Shown: positions 27,401 to 42,047 of the stretch, in pieces
How the letters are laid out: the number at the start of each line of letters is the position of its first letter
Numbering within the stretch: the stretch's first letter is position 1
NCBI GenBank assembly: GCA_016748015.1
Contig: JAAOMT010000200.1
Span: forward strand, 556,984-620,983
Length of the DNA: 64,000 bases
Direction: 5' to 3'
Source: Geosiphon pyriformis uo1
Taxonomy: Eukaryota; Fungi; Glomeromycota
Made by a program: the position numbers and the translations under genes
Notes under the pieces: model-generated
Databases searched by the model: none
Told to the model about the DNA's origin: nothing
Seen by the model: the letters and a program-made list of their open reading frames with translations, nothing else

Positions 27401-28790
27401 AATTGAATTTTAAAGATTCTGTGCCTTATTAGTTCAAAGTTGTGTTGAAATTTTTGCATAATAAAAGTTTTTTGTTGGTTGATTTGATTAGAACAAATTA
27501 GTTATCTAGCTTGAACATTTTGGAATTAAGAAAGTTTTCTGATGTGTGGAATTGTTTACATAAAATTTGGTTTGGTTCTATAGAAATTTATACAAATAAG
27601 TTTTTAAAAAATGCTAGTTTTGTTAATGTTACTAGTAAAGCTACTGCTTACTTTTTAGTTGTAGATATGAGTATTGGTATCAAGATGCATAGATTTTTTC
27701 TTCTATTATAATTAAATTACAAGCTGTTGCTCTGTTTTTAGAATGTGTTCCATCTTTCTGTATGGTGATTTTGTATTTAAACAGCCAAACTGCTATTAAT
27801 ATATGAGTATTTGAAACAATATTAGCTGTGTCTAATTTTTATAATCAATATTAGATAAAAAAAAGACATATTACTAATCTGATTAAAAATAAAAATTTTA
27901 TTGTAAATTGCATAATGATAAGAGTTATTTAAAAATTTCTGGCAATGTAAAAACTGATATAATTATAAACAAGACTGCTTATTTTCTTTTTTCTTTGCCA
28001 GAAGGGATGTGAAAACATTTTTTTGTGGCTAAAGACACAGCTGTATCTAACAACACCTGTCATTTTGTTCAAAATGTATTTAGATTTATTTGTTATGTTT
28101 AATAGAAAGCTGGCTCTGGTTATGATATAATTTCAAGTATGTTAATCAAAGAAGTAAATTAAATAGCTATGGCTAAAGTTTAACATTTTGATTTGCATAA
28201 GTTTTCTGAATTTATTAATACAAAGTCTGTCAATCTGTATACATACTTGATAAAAACTGTATATAGACAGCTGCTAGTAGTAATTAAAAAGAAATTGTAT
28301 AATAAAAAATACTTCAATGTATTGTATTTGTTGTATAATAAAGTAAAGTTGTTTGACAATGTTTTTACTTGTGTTTAAAATATTAGTATTTATAAAAAAA
28401 TTTTAGCTGAGACTTTTGCACAATAAATTACTTTGGCAAATGCTTGTAATTAATTTTCTTCTGCTGTTTTGCATATACTCTTTAAATGTTCTTCAAATAT
28501 GGGCTTATATACAGTAATTTGTAAGAGTTTTGTGTTAAAAAATTGATACACAGAGGCTGTTGAAGTTTTTGATAAGAGAAAAAAAGCTACCTTTTTTATC
28601 ATTAAATTTGTTAAACATTTGGTAAAATTGTATTATACTAAAACATGACTGATAAAATCTGAATTTAAAGTGGATATAAAAAAGACTAAATTGGTTAAAG
28701 ATGGTGGTTTGATATTAAGACTGTTTTGTATTATAATATCTATGCTATTAGATAGAGTAATTTAGTTGCTTAATATTATTGAGTTTTTTG
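21440..28790 (+). mobile_element. Heavily mutated LINE (copy A), interrupted by a solo LTR, 3' end missing
   Basis: ORF1 relic, TAATG at 23332, APE (LDYIFV), RT (FFAAGVFVNNTIWV), RNase H (IEIYTNKFL), C-terminal zinc-motif relic at 28193-28378. Confidence 0.88.
25987..26838 (+). mobile_element. Solo LTR of the main gypsy family
   Basis: TATTAC...GTAATA (decayed TGTTAC...GTAACA); TSD CCAT/TCAT; removing it restores LINE LQSIISYK; similar to LTRs at 45310 and 60294. Confidence 0.88.
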
Positions 28791-31700
28791 TTTTTGGAAA
28801 CAAATGCCCATAAAATCTGGGACTTGATTAAGTCTGTAAGTGAAAAAACTTGTGCAATAGACTATTATCTAGTTATATATATCTAAGTTAAATGTGTTGT
28901 TGTTTGTTTTAATTTTCTCAAATCAATAAATACTATTATAAAAACTATATTAGTGCTAAGGGGTACTAATTTATATTGGTTTTATATCAGTTTAGCCAAG
29001 TGTACCAAGTATAGTTTTTTAGGTTATATATTATTAAGCTGTACTATTGGTAAAAAAGCTTTTTTTGGTATTTTATCTTATAAAGTCTTTTCAGATACTA
29101 ATAAAAGCAAACTGGCTGTTATTTATACTAAATGTTTGGTTTCTGTTATTTATTCTGTTGCTTTTGGTAATGTCTTTTGGACTTCAGTTGTCAATAGATT
29201 TTTTTTTCTTTTTTTTCTATTCAAAATAGTTTGGCTAATCTTGACTCTTTTTTAAAAATAAAGCTTTTTTTACTGGTATTAAAGAAATTAGATTATAGAT
29301 TTGCTGCTTTTGAGTACAGTCTTATTAGTCTTATAAAGCAAGTGAATGAGCTGGTTAAGAAGTTAAATATATTTAAACCAATGGTTTTCCAGTCTAGTTC
29401 TGAATGTTAGCTGTTGGTAACTCATTTATCACAGAATCAAGGAGCGGATATAGTAATGAGTGAGAGTTTAAATGTGGCTACTAGTAGTGAAACTGTTGCA
29501 AAAACAGCATCTTTGGATCAGTTAGTAATTTCCAAATTAAAAAATAGTTTAATAAATCTTTCAAATACAGTTATGAATCTTTTAGCCAAGGTAAATAATG
29601 TTGTTTTGAATTTAAATTCTCATTTGTTTTAATGACCAGTCTTGTTTAAAAGTTTTTTATATGTAATATTAAGAGTATTAATGTCTTTGTTAAACAGAAA
29701 GATGTTGTTTATTAACATATTAATTTGAATAATGTGATTTTTTTTATTACATAAACAAAATTAAGAGTTAGTATTAAGTTATAGATTACAAATAAGTTTG
29801 ATGGAATATAAATCTTTACATCTAAATTGGATAAGAGTTTTCTTGGTGTTAATATGATCATTATTATGAACAGTTTTTTGTTTTAATATGTTTTCAAGAT
29901 AGAAAAGGTTCTTAGTCACATTATTTTAATGTGGCTTTTTTTCAAAGACAAGCTCTCAGTTATGGTTTTGGGTTTGTATGCTGGTGTTTCTGCTGAAGCT
30001 AAGTTTGGTCAAACTTTAGATGTCAATTCTTTTATTGCTAAGGCTGTTAACTTTAGCATTTTTGTGGTCTTAAGTAAAGAGTTTAATGAAAATGGGTTTG
30101 AAAAGAGTGCAAGTTTTAGGTTTTGTTTGAATTTGAGTTTGGTTAACTCATTTGGTGAACATTTATTAGTTAAGATCTTTACTTAAAACAACTTAAAAAG
30201 TGTTGAAAAAATTTTAGATTACATTTTTGTAAGTAAAAGTTTATTATCAGCAGTTGTTGATTATGAAATAGATTCTGTACCCACTTTTTTTAATACTAAT
30301 TACAAGACTGTTTTGATGTCAATTAGTTTGGGTGGTTTCTTAGATATTTGTTTAAATAATATATACAAACAAGCTAATATAAATCATTAAAAGTTCAAAC
30401 TTAAAGATAGAAATAATATCAAATAGACACAATTTAAAAAATATTTTTTTGCCAAGTTTTTGTTAGTAAAGAATAAGTTTTTGGAAGCAAAAGCTTGTAG
30501 TAATTTAGATGTTATGTGAGATTTGCTGAAAAAAGTGATAGTAGAATTAGCTGATAAAACATTTTTTAAATATTGGTTTAATAAATTTTAGTATTCAAAA
30601 AACTGTCAGTTTTTAAAGTTTTTTGAATTAAAATTGCTAGTTGCCAAGATTGTTAAGAAGTTAAGCTCAGATAACATGCTTGAATTTAATTGTTTTGCTA
30701 AGAAATAATCAAATTTGAATAGTAATAAAGCTCTTAAAATCATAAACATAATTTAAAATAATAGAAAGTTAATAAATGTTCTCAAACATTTGTTAATAAT
30801 TTGAGAAAAGTATAAAAAATGCAAGTTTTATGAATTAAAATTAACTAAAGAAGCATCTGTTAGAAAGATAATTAAAAAGCACTTGAAAAGTTTTTGTTTT
30901 AATAAAGAAGATATAATAAGAAGTATTTTGGATTAGTCTTTTTACAAAGTGGTTTTGGATTACTTGCTAATAAAAAATGAGTTGATTTTAAAACCAAAAA
31001 AGATAAAGCTTAATGTTGATAGGATTATGAGGAGTTGGACAAGGAAATAAACTATGTTTTAAGTAATGTTTAATCTATAGACTTGCCAATATACACTATT
31101 AGATTATGTAAATAATAATGCTTTCTCTAATATAATGAAGAGAATTAATATAGGAGAATTGCTCTTAGTAATTAATAATCTGCCTAATAGCAAAGCTGTT
31201 GATTTGTTTGGCATTTTTAATAAACTTTGAAAGCATAATAGTGATAATATAATAAAGTGTCTTCTGGATTTGTTAAATATATGTTTATTTTTTAGTGGTG
31301 TTTTAGTTTTGTGAAAAAAAGCTTAAGTCTTGATGATCTCTAAATCTTATAATTAGAATAAGATTTTAATAAACATTTAACCTATTGCTTTAATTAAGAT
31401 AGCCAAGAAAATTTTTTCCAGTTTTATCTAATTGGATTTTATTTGCATGTGCAAATTTGATGTTTTCCACAATAATAATTTTTCTGTTTTAAAGAATACA
31501 TTACTCAGTTTCCTATGTTTGCTGTTGAGTCAATAGTTGAAAATACTTTAGAAAAAAATAGGAAACTTTGGTTGGTCTTACAGAATATGTGTAAAACATA
31601 CAACTTGATTGGTTGGTATTACTTAAGAACTAGTTTATAGTGAATCAAAATATACAACAGATTTATAAAAATTTTTGGCAGCATACATGAGAATAAAATC

Positions 31701-34110
31701 AATAAAGTAATAACTGATTTTGGTCTTTTGGGTGACTATAGAGTACATAATGAATTGAATAAAGGTGAAGTCTTCCCATCTCTTTTTTAGAAGATTTTTT
31801 ATGATTTACTTTTGTGTAAGATTAAAAGACATGAACATTTGTGCAAATAATAGATTGATATTAAGTTTGTGGTTAAGATAGACAGAATAAAGAATAGTAA
31901 TGAAATGTCTTTATTTTTTGCTGTTGATGCATTTGTAAATGATACAATTTAAATTAGAAATTGTTAAGCTTTTAAGCAGTATGCTTTAGATATTACTAGT
32001 GAATTTTTTTTGATCAATAATATTTCTATCAATAATAAAAAAACTGTGGCTATTTTTATCAATCAAAATATCAAGATTGCTTCTTTGAAAATTAGTGGTC
32101 TACCAATTTCAATAGTCAAAAAGAGTAAAGCTTACAGATATTTAGATATTTTTTTATTAACTGAAAGACTATTTAAGTCAAGTCTGGCCAAGACTTATTT
32201 TGATTTTCAATTTTTTGTTAATGTAGTTCTCAAAAAAGCTATTACAAATAAGCAGTTTTTATATTTGGTATTGGTCATTTTGCAATTTATAATCAGTTAT
32301 AAAACTTAGTTTAGTTTTGTTTCATCAAGTGTATATTGTAAATAGAATGTTATAATTAAAAAAGATCTTAAGTCTAAAGTCTGTTTGTTATATAATTTTT
32401 CTAATAAGACTTTATATTATTCTTTTTTATATAATTTAAAACTATTTAAGCAAGTGCAGTTTAAAAAAAATTAACTGTATTGATCACTTTTTTTAATGCT
32501 TTAGGTATTCTTAGATTTACAGATTTTGTATTGGACTTTTTTGAATTCTTTGCAGTTCTCTATTAAATTATATGTTAGTCTAATGAACAATTTTTTGGCT
32601 GAAATGGTAAAAATTTTTTTGGATTTTGAGTTGTTTTTAATAAATAATTTGTCCAATGTATTTCATAATCCTAATAAGTTTTCAATATTGGTTATTTTGG
32701 AACAATTTTTGTATTTTAATTTAGTTTGTTCTTTGAAATAATTTAAAGTTGTATTTAGTAATAGACTTTTAGATAAAAAAAGCAACATAATAAACTAGAA
32801 AACTTTTTGCCAATAAAAAAAATTGGATTCTAAAAACTCTGTGCTTTATTGGTTCAAGGTTGTATTAAAATTTTTACACAATAAAAGTTTTTTATTAGTT
32901 GATTTAACTGAGACAAATTGGTTATCTGGCTTGAACATTTTGGAATTAAGAAAGTTTTTTGATGTGTAGAGTTGTTTGCATAAAATTTGGTCTGGCTTTA
33001 TAGAAATTTATATTGATAAGTTTTTAAAAAATACTGGTTCTGTTAATGTTGCTAGTGAGACTGCTGCTTACTTTTTAGTTATGAATATGAATATTGGTAT
33101 TAGAGTGTATGGATTTTTGTCTTCTATTATGGCAAAATTGCAGACTGTTGTTTTGTTTTTAAAGTGTGTTCTATCTTTTTGTGTGGTAATTTTGCATTTA
33201 AACAGCCAAGCTGTAATTGATATGTGTTGTTACAAATGATTATTTGGGGTCTCAAATCAAATAACAAATCCATAACTTAATGTTCAAAAGCTATTTGCGT
33301 TGACAATAATCTGATGGTTTTGTGATCTGAAGGTTTTGGTTGAATTCTTTGTATAATAAACAGAGATTTAATAGTTGTTTTCAGTAGCCTCCCAGAATTG
33401 CAATTCCGTCAATTTTTTTCTTGGCTTGGTGGCTGACAATCCTCTGGTAAGTAATCCATAATTCTTGTATGTGCTCTACCCACTTACAGAGGTCTTTTAT
33501 TAGGCAATCTTTGACATCAATAATTTAGCACTTAATCTTTAATCAATTTAGTAAACAATAAAATAACAAAAAAAAAAATAAAAGAAAATAAAAGAAAATA
33601 AAGAAGTAAGCCAATGCAATTTTACAAGTTAGTATTTTGTCAATAGTCATGATTAAGAGGTATTGTTCCAGTGTGGTCAAATCTGAATTATTATCAACAT
33701 GAAGTGTTAATAGTGGAAAGTGGATTAAGATAGTAAATAATTATTTATTGATATTTGTAATGTAGAAGATTGCTTAGATTAAATCTAAACTGAAAAATTT
33801 TTAATTAAAAGATTCTGCCTTTTTCACTTTCTAATATTACTGTTATATATACATAATTGAGATTCCTCAATTTCTCAATTTCTCACACCAAAAATTCTGA
33901 AATTCCTAGAATCTTGCAATTCCTTTAAGAGAAATCTTGCAATTCTAGAATCCTGTAATTCCTTGTATAAGAATCTTGAAATTCCTAGAATTTTGCAATT
34001 TTTTTTAAGAGGAATTCTAAAATTCTATATTTACTATGGTTATTTCTGATTGGCTAATTTATGCTAATATATACTTTCTATATTCTATAAGTAACATTAT
34101 TCTCTCTTTT

Positions 34111-34743
34111 TTAATATTGAGCTTCATCAAGATCTCCCAAATCTCCTAACTCTAATTCTTTGAGTATTTTTTGAACTTCTTTTTTGAGAATTACTTGAGT
34201 TATTTTGTTTTGTAATTCTTCAAATTGGGTGTTGGTTATTTTTCCCATTTGGTTAACTATAATAAAGTCTATTTTCGGATTAAGTAAAATTTCTAGTCTG
34301 TCTTGGAATTCTATATATAGCCAATAGATAGCTCTTGTTTGTGTAGTCAAATTGTTCTTTCCCACAAATTGTTCTAGTTTTTTTAGTATTGTTATGTTAA
34401 ATAATTGTTTTGTTTTATCTATGTATAAGTTCTGAATATTTAAGTGTTGCCTTAAGTGGAAATAACAAAAGTTTCTTGGAAATTTGTGTATCCACCATTT
34501 CCAAGTTTCTTTGGTCAACTCTTGATATATGGTGACATTTGTTGATTCTTCCATTGCTAATTTTATTTTCAGAACCATTTTGTTAATAGTGTTTTTTATT
34601 TTTCTTTGATTTTTGTATTTGGATATTTTTTTGGTATCTCAGTATTGAATGGTTTGTTGATTGATAGTAATTTCCATATTCTGTTGTTGAATTAGTTGAA
34701 AGAGTTGTTGTGCTAGTGAGTGGATATTGTCAGTGATTTCCAT
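34111..34743 (-). pseudogene. Gypsy ORF3 of unknown function (copy 1)
   Basis: ATG at 34743 (MEITDNIHSLAQQLFQL), one TGA, ends DLDEAQY* next to the PPT; homologous to 51880-52509. Confidence 0.75.
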
Positions 34744-37700
34744 CTTTTGTCGCATCTACTATGTCTTTATATACTCTTTTTATTGTTTAATTTTATGTGT
34801 TTGGTCCAATGATTATAATTGGTTTTAAATCTCATGGAATCTTATCTGATTGGACTAGTATTTTCTGTACTTCTAATTGTAAAATATTACTGGTGGATGG
34901 TGACACTATATGGTAATATGGTTTCAATCGATCACTATATGCTGCTTTGGCTAAAATTTTGTTGTTTTATCTTAATTTATAAGCTCTATTTCCAAAATTT
35001 TTTTTTATGTGAAATAGTCTGTCCCATTTGGGGTCAAATTTTCTACTCCATTGTTTTTCCACTTTGGTATGATGTAAAAGTACTTTGTCTCTAATCTTGA
35101 ATTCAACTGGTTTATCTAATAATTGGTTATCATGTCTTTTTTTTTGTTTTTCTTGTGACTTTTGGATATTATCAGCTGTTTTTCACTATTTGTTTTCTAA
35201 TGTCTTCATTAAGTCATATGTTTTTCTCAACAATGTTCTTTGGAAATTCTTTTCTGTTATTGGTTCTGTTGGATATGTTTTGACTTTTATCTTAACTGGT
35301 ACTGTTGCTGTTCTACCATATACTAGTTTAAATGGTGTTGCTTGTGTAGTGTCTTGCTTTATTGTCTAATAAGCAAATAATACTGATGGTATAAACAAAT
35401 CTTATTCATTTTGGTTTTCTTGGCTGATCTTGGCTATTGCTTCACACAATGTTTTGTTGAATCTTTTGACTAATCTATTTGTTTGCAGATGGTATGGCAA
35501 TAATAGTGGTCTTTTAATTCCAAATCATTGGCTTAATTCTGCTAATGTTCTATTCACAAAGTGAGTTTCTTGATCAGATAATAATTTTTTTGGACATCCA
35601 TGTTGACAGATCAAGTTTTGATGAACAAATTTGGCAATGGATTCTGCATCTGCTCTTTGAATAGCTTTTGCTTCTGGCCATTTTGTAAGATAGTCCATGG
35701 CTACTGCAATATATCTGTTGTCTCTGTTGGTGATTGCTAATAGTCTGACTAAGTCAATTCCAATGCAATTGAATGGTTGTCTCATCTTAATTGGTCTCAA
35801 TAGTTTACTGGGTTTTGTTCCTCTTTTTCTCTGACAAGCATTACAGTTCTGAACATATTGAATAATGTCTGGATACATAGATAGCCAATAGTATCTTTTT
35901 CTGGTTCTTTTCATGATTGCTTCTTTATAAAAGTGTTCTGCTGTTAGATCTGAGTACATGTTGAACAATATTGTCTCTTTTTCTGGTTCTGTAATTACTC
36001 TTGTTGGCTGGTCTGGATTTTTTCTGTTTTTCTGATAAAGTATATTTTGATGATTGATAAAATATTTTGATTGTTGTTTTATGTTGTTTTGTTCCTTTTG
36101 AGATAATTTTTCCTTGAACAACTGGGTATTTATATAATGTTAGAGTTGTTGGTATTTTTGTGTATTTATCTTTTGTTATATTTTTGGGTTGAAATGTTTT
36201 AGATTTGTTTCATTCATGACAAACTGTCAGCATTTCCATTGTTTTTTCACTTTTTATAATGTACTCTATAATTGAATGGTGAAAGTTCTATTTTCCATCT
36301 GGCATGGCAATTATCATCAAATTTTTGCTTCTGGATTGAAGTCAATTTTTTGTGATCAGTTTATATGTCAAACTTTTAACTCAAGTATTCTTTTCACTTA
36401 ATGACAGCTCAATAGATAGCTAAGTGTTCTAGTGCTGGAGTTCCATAGTTTTTTTTAGCTGGGCTTAAGCTTCTACTGGTGTATACTACTGGATGTTCTC
36501 ATCTGTTCAGTCCTTTTTAAGATAATACTGCTCCTAATGCTTAACCAGATGTATCAGTTGTAATTATGAATAGTTTGCTATGATCTGAATAGATTAGTAC
36601 TGGAGCTTGAATAAGCTTTCTTCTTAATGTATTAAAAGCTTTTTGCTGGATTTTTGTTCATTCATATTTGGTGTTCTTTGTTTGGAGTTGGTGTAGTGGT
36701 TGAGCTATTTTGAAAAAATTCTTGATAAAGTGGCAGTAGTATCTAACAAATCCCAAAAATGCTTTTAGTTCTGTAAGATTATTTGGTACTAAAAAGTTCT
36801 TAACAATCTCAATCTTGTCTGGATTTGTTTTGATTCTGTTTTTGCTCACTACATGTCCCAAAAACTTGAGTTCAGTTTTTCTAATAAAACATTTGGTTGT
36901 ATTTAGTTTTAATTCGGCTCTTCTTAGTCTTTTAAACACTTGTTGGAGATGATGCAAATGATCATTGAATGTTTTTGAGAACACATTGGTGTCATTCAAG
37001 TATACAACTACTAATTTCCATAGTAGTCCAATATAAACAATTTCTATAAATTACTGAAAAGTGGCTGGAGCATTTATCAAGCCAAATGGCATTACTTCAA
37101 ATTCAAAGTTTTTTTCTTGAGTTGTAAAACCTGTTTTCTCTTTGTCTTCTGGTTTCATGGTTACTTGCCAGTAACCACTGTCTAAGTCTAATGTTGAAAA
37201 CTATTTCTTTCTTCCAAAAACATCGAAAAGTTCTTAGATCTTTGGAGTTGGGTAGCTGTTTCCTTTTGTTACTCTATTCAGTTTCTAGTAATTCACACAA
37301 AAGCAGATTTTTCTATTTTTTTTACAGACTAATACTACTGGTGATAACTATGGGCTCATTGATAGCTGAATTAGTCTATTGTCAAACATCTGATTGATTT
37401 CTTGATGAATGATTTCATGGTTGGCTGGTGGTACTCTGTATGCTCTTTGTTTAATTGACATTGCATCTCCAGTCTTGATCTGGTGCTGGATTATATCAGT
37501 TCTGCCAAATTCATTTTTACTGGCAAAAATGTCATTGAAATTGTTGAGTAACATCTTGAGTTGCATTTGTTGGAGTGGGTCTAAGTTTCTCAAGTTTATT
37601 TGTTCCAATTGTTCTGGTTGGAGCAGATAACATTCTTTTCGTCCATAGATTGTTTGTGATGTGATATCTACATATCTACACAGTTGTGAAAAATCTGGAA

Positions 37701-38109
37701 TGGTGTCTGGCAGTTGATCTTCAATTTCAGTGATTAAATGTTCAATAATAGTTCTTTTTGGTATCTTGATGATATCTCCCGTGTTGTTGTAAATAGGAAT
37801 TTTGATGTAACTGTGGTTCTTGGCTGGTATGTGTAAATTGACTAATTCTATTTTTTTTGATTCACAAAGTTTTGTTTCTGCCTCAAAAATCTAAATCTGA
37901 TCTTTCACTTTTCTTTCTATTCTAACCATGTATCTGTCATATGGTGAAATAAAGATTGGTTGATGGGTGGAAATAATTTTTCCCTTGTTAATAACCTTTT
38001 TTTCTGTCATATTAACTAGTATATCTATTCTACCCATTGATCCAAATTTCTGTATCCCTCTAACTGTAATTTCTAATTCTTTTCTGTTTTCTACTAATAC
38101 TAATTAAGC

Positions 38110-38368
38110 ATCAGAAAACAAACCAGAACTGAAAGGAAAGCCACCAGAAGAGGAGGCACTAAACACCACTTGAGCCCATGATTTGCCACCAAAGACAGTA
38201 GGGCGAGAGAGGGGAACATTTTTTTTGGCATACAATCTTGCTAGCTGAAGACAATTCACACCAAGAGAAGGTCTTTTCAACAACTCGGAAGATACAAGAG
38301 GTAGAACTTCAGAGGCATCGCACTCCAAGACTGAATGACCAAAACATCCACACTTTCCACACCAAACC
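38110..38368 (-). mobile_element. 259-bp internal LINE ORF1 fragment inserted in the dUTPase of gypsy copy 1
   Basis: Encodes VWCGKCGCFGHSVLECDA...VFGGKSWAQVV, homologous to 19790-20050; removing it restores LVKIA(Q)LVLV. Confidence 0.9.
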
Positions 38369-41300
38369 TATTTTCACCAAAAGCAGAAATATTGCTTGTG
38401 CTATCTTTTCATTTGGCTCTATAATATAGGTCTTTTTGGAATCGTTTTGTAGCATTGCAATGATATTTTTTACATATTTTGTGTCAATTATTCCTCCTCT
38501 AATGTTGATTCCCCTTTTTGCTAAGCTATTTCTAGATGCTAATTGAACCATAGTTGTTGCTGGGATTTCCAGTACTATTTTGAGATCAATGCAAATGCAC
38601 AAATAGAGTTTCAATTTGATGGCATCTTTCTCTGGATATCTTAAATCAAACTCTGCATTAGTATTATGTGTGCATTCTGGCATGATATCTTTATTACTAT
38701 CACTGAACCATCTGAATTTCCGCTTTTTGGAAAGGTCAGAAAGCACAATATATGTTTTGGGGTTTGAATTAGAATTCAAATTGCTATTAGTTTTGTTGCC
38801 ATTTTAAGTGAAGCTGGAATCATTGTTTTTGTTATCATCATTATTGGAGTTTGAATTGGAATTGAACAATGATTCTGATTCTGATCCACAGTTGTTGATT
38901 GGTTTTTCTTCCTCTGAGATTGTGTAGATCATGTGTGATGGTAGATTGTAAATAAGGTCACATTTATTACAATACTAGAAGTCACATGGAATTAAGCAGT
39001 GTTGACACAATCAAGTATTCAGCTGCTCTAAGCATTGTTTTTGCTCTTCTCTTGTGGGTGCTGGTTCTTGGTAGTGTTCATAGAATTGTTCTGAATTCAG
39101 AAGATTTATGACTGGTTCTGGGTCTCAGTCAAGTTCTATGGGCTCTAATAGGTTGTTTTTGATTTCTCTGATTTCTTCAGGTAATGCTCCTTCTATTTTG
39201 GCTATTGCCATTTTTCATATTTCATTGTCATTGTGTGGACAACTGTCTAATTGCTGTACAGCTCTTTTCCAAGCAGCTTCTATTAATATCCCTTTTTTAA
39301 TCCAGTTGCTGATGAGGATTGTGTACTGGCACAAAGTGTCACATGTTTCTTTTTAACCAAGGATGTTATTCCATATTTCTTTGTTGAGTTATGTTTCTCC
39401 ACAAGCTAGGCAAAGTTTGTTGTTCTATTTTCTTTGCCATTTTGGTCATCCAAAGCATTCTATAATACATGTGCAGTAGTAAAATTTGGTTACTGTTGAG
39501 TATTTTTCATCATCACCACAGCATGTGCCCATTGATGACAATTTTTTACTGTAATTAACGCATATTAGCTTTGGTCGATGATAGTGGAACTGTAGTAGTG
39601 TATGGTCTATTAGTGATATTGGTTGAAATTGTTTCTTCTTCTTTTGCCTTTCCTTTTTCTTTGTCATTTTTTTTACATTCCCAAGTTTGTGATAACTTTT
39701 GATAGTCATTGTTAGTTCATGAGGTTTGGTTGGTACTCTAAGTAAATTCTTCCTTTTGTTTTCTTTTCCTGTTATTATTCCATAACAGTATCAGTGGCAG
39801 CTCATTGTGGTCTTCCTTGGCCCATCAAACTTGATACACTTCCCAAGTTGGTTTCAGCTTCTCTTCTTCAACATCAATTAAGGGTGCTGGCAGAATGTTG
39901 CTGGGTTTGAAGTGGCCACATGTTGCTGGTACTCATGTGTATTGGCCATTTTGATGTATTTGCAACTCTTGAGTGGTCTAGTCAAGTGTTGTATTGGTTT
40001 TGGATAGCCAGTCATTACCAGAACTTTGATTAGTATTATGATGCCATCAATTTTTATGAGAAGGTTATTTATTTCACCAATTGGAGTCTTAGTGGCTCCA
40101 TCAGCTGTAATTATCCTTGCACTGGCAGTTTGATCAACTTAGCAACCTAATTGGTCTATAAGCTGTCTTGTGATGATGCTGCTAGCTGATTTACTGTCTA
40201 AGATCAGTTTGATGAAATGGCCATCAATTTTAGCATTAGTATATATGATAGTGATTGGTTTTTCTTCAAGCATGGCTTCACTAAACAATTGTGTGGATGA
40301 CAGTTTTTTGAATTTGAACAGGAAGATAGCTGTGAGTGATTTGTTGTTGGTGATGGTGACTGGTGAAATATTGCTGGTAGAAGATTTCTGGCTTGTTTCC
40401 AAGTTATTGGATAAGACATCTTCTGGGGTAACTAGGAGACTTAAATAGTTCTGAGAACTCGGGTTTTGGTTATACCCAGTTCTTGAACTCCACTGGTGTG
40501 ATCCCAAAGATTGGTTGGATGAACTGAGAATTGGTTAGTGAACTATTATTGCCGATCTCCAGCTTTGCTGTGTCATTCTCAGCCTGTGGGTTCTATTTTG
40601 AGGTAAGTTTTGAGACAGTGTTTGAATTTGTTGGGGTTGATAGATTACTGGTGGCTGTGATTGATATATTACTTGTGGCTGTGGCTGATACATTGGAGCT
40701 TGATATACTGGTAGTTGATAGATTGGCTGCTGCATTATTGGCAGGTAAGTAGGTTGATATTAATATTGATTTAAGTGATGGTTTGGGGTCTGAAATCTGT
40801 AATCATGGTTTCTGTATTGATTTTCTGATTGTGGGTTGCTATAAAAATGGCAGTTGACTCGAATATGGTCTTGTTTACCACAGTTATGGTAAACATGTGT
40901 CTTAAGCTGCCACAGCTGATTTGATGATGATAGTAGACATGACTGATTTTGGAAATAAGTTACGTTTTCTAAATTACTTTGTCATTGTGGTGGTTGATAA
41001 ATTGTGCAATTGTCAACTAAGTATCCCTCTAATTTCTGATTGATTAAATTACTGAATTGCTTCAATTTGGAATCTAATTCAGATGATCTATTCATTACTA
41101 AATTAATGGCTTGGGCATGGTTAGCTTTGAGTTCAGTGGCTTCAAAGTCTCTGGCATTGTTGACTGTGGTTTGGAGGTCTACTGGGTGTAATGGATGTAC
41201 ACGCTGGAGGATGCTACTGCATAATTCTCTAATAAATTAATTTAAAATTTGTGGTGCTGTAAAATAGTCAGCTTAAATTGCCTGAATTTGGTGCAGGTTT

Positions 41301-41405
41301 CTGTGAAAGGATCCTAGGTACGTAATGATGGCTTCAGCTTCTCTTTGTTTGATAGTGGTAAAAGTATTGGCTAATTGGTTGATGCTATTGTTGTTGCTAA
41401 AGTAC

Positions 41406-42047
41406 TGTTACGGGTTGGAGTAACAAGCTAACAAATAGCAAGGGAGAACAGTATTGTATGGTAATGGAAATAAACAAAGAAGGAATTACAATAAGGGAGC
41501 AAATTGAATAAGTAGGAATTTAATGTGCGTGATCAGTCTCATAAAAATCACAGTCGCTAATCTTTTCTTAAATCTGAAGGTAGAGGAATAGTCCGTGATT
41601 GTCAACAAGATAACACTGCTGCTATTATTCTATGCCTCAACTCGGCAATTCTTAAAATCAATAACAGGTATTATTGTACTTTTTAATCGTTTTTTTATTC
41701 AATAAATTACAAGAGCAAGCCAATTGCTTTTCAGGCTAATTCTAACAAATACAAATTAAGAAGGGGAAAAGATAAGGTATGTGAATGCCAACAAGTAGAT
41801 ACTTAAAGGTAAAGAAAGAGGAATAAGCGATTATGAAAGGAAGTAATTGATATTGTTTATTTTGTTACTTTGATCATGTCTTTCTACAGCTGAGGGAATC
41901 ATTGCTTATATAGCTGTCTAAAGTGGTCAATGATTAGGTCAATGATCAGGTCAACAATCACTATCTAAAAATAGAGTGGCTAATTATATGACATCAGTGG
42001 CTAATACATGTGATAATTAATAAAAACTATGTGTTTTAACCATAACA
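41406..42047. mobile_element. Solo LTR, second family, inside gag of copy 1
   Basis: TGTTACGG...CCATAACA termini; perfect TSD GTAC; gag resumes across it. Confidence 0.9.

Noticed and set aside
21471-33239. Many short K/N/I/L/F-rich ORFs that look like membrane or orphan proteins
   Set aside because: They are fragments of decayed LINE ORFs or their antisense; the composition follows from G->A and C->T erosion.
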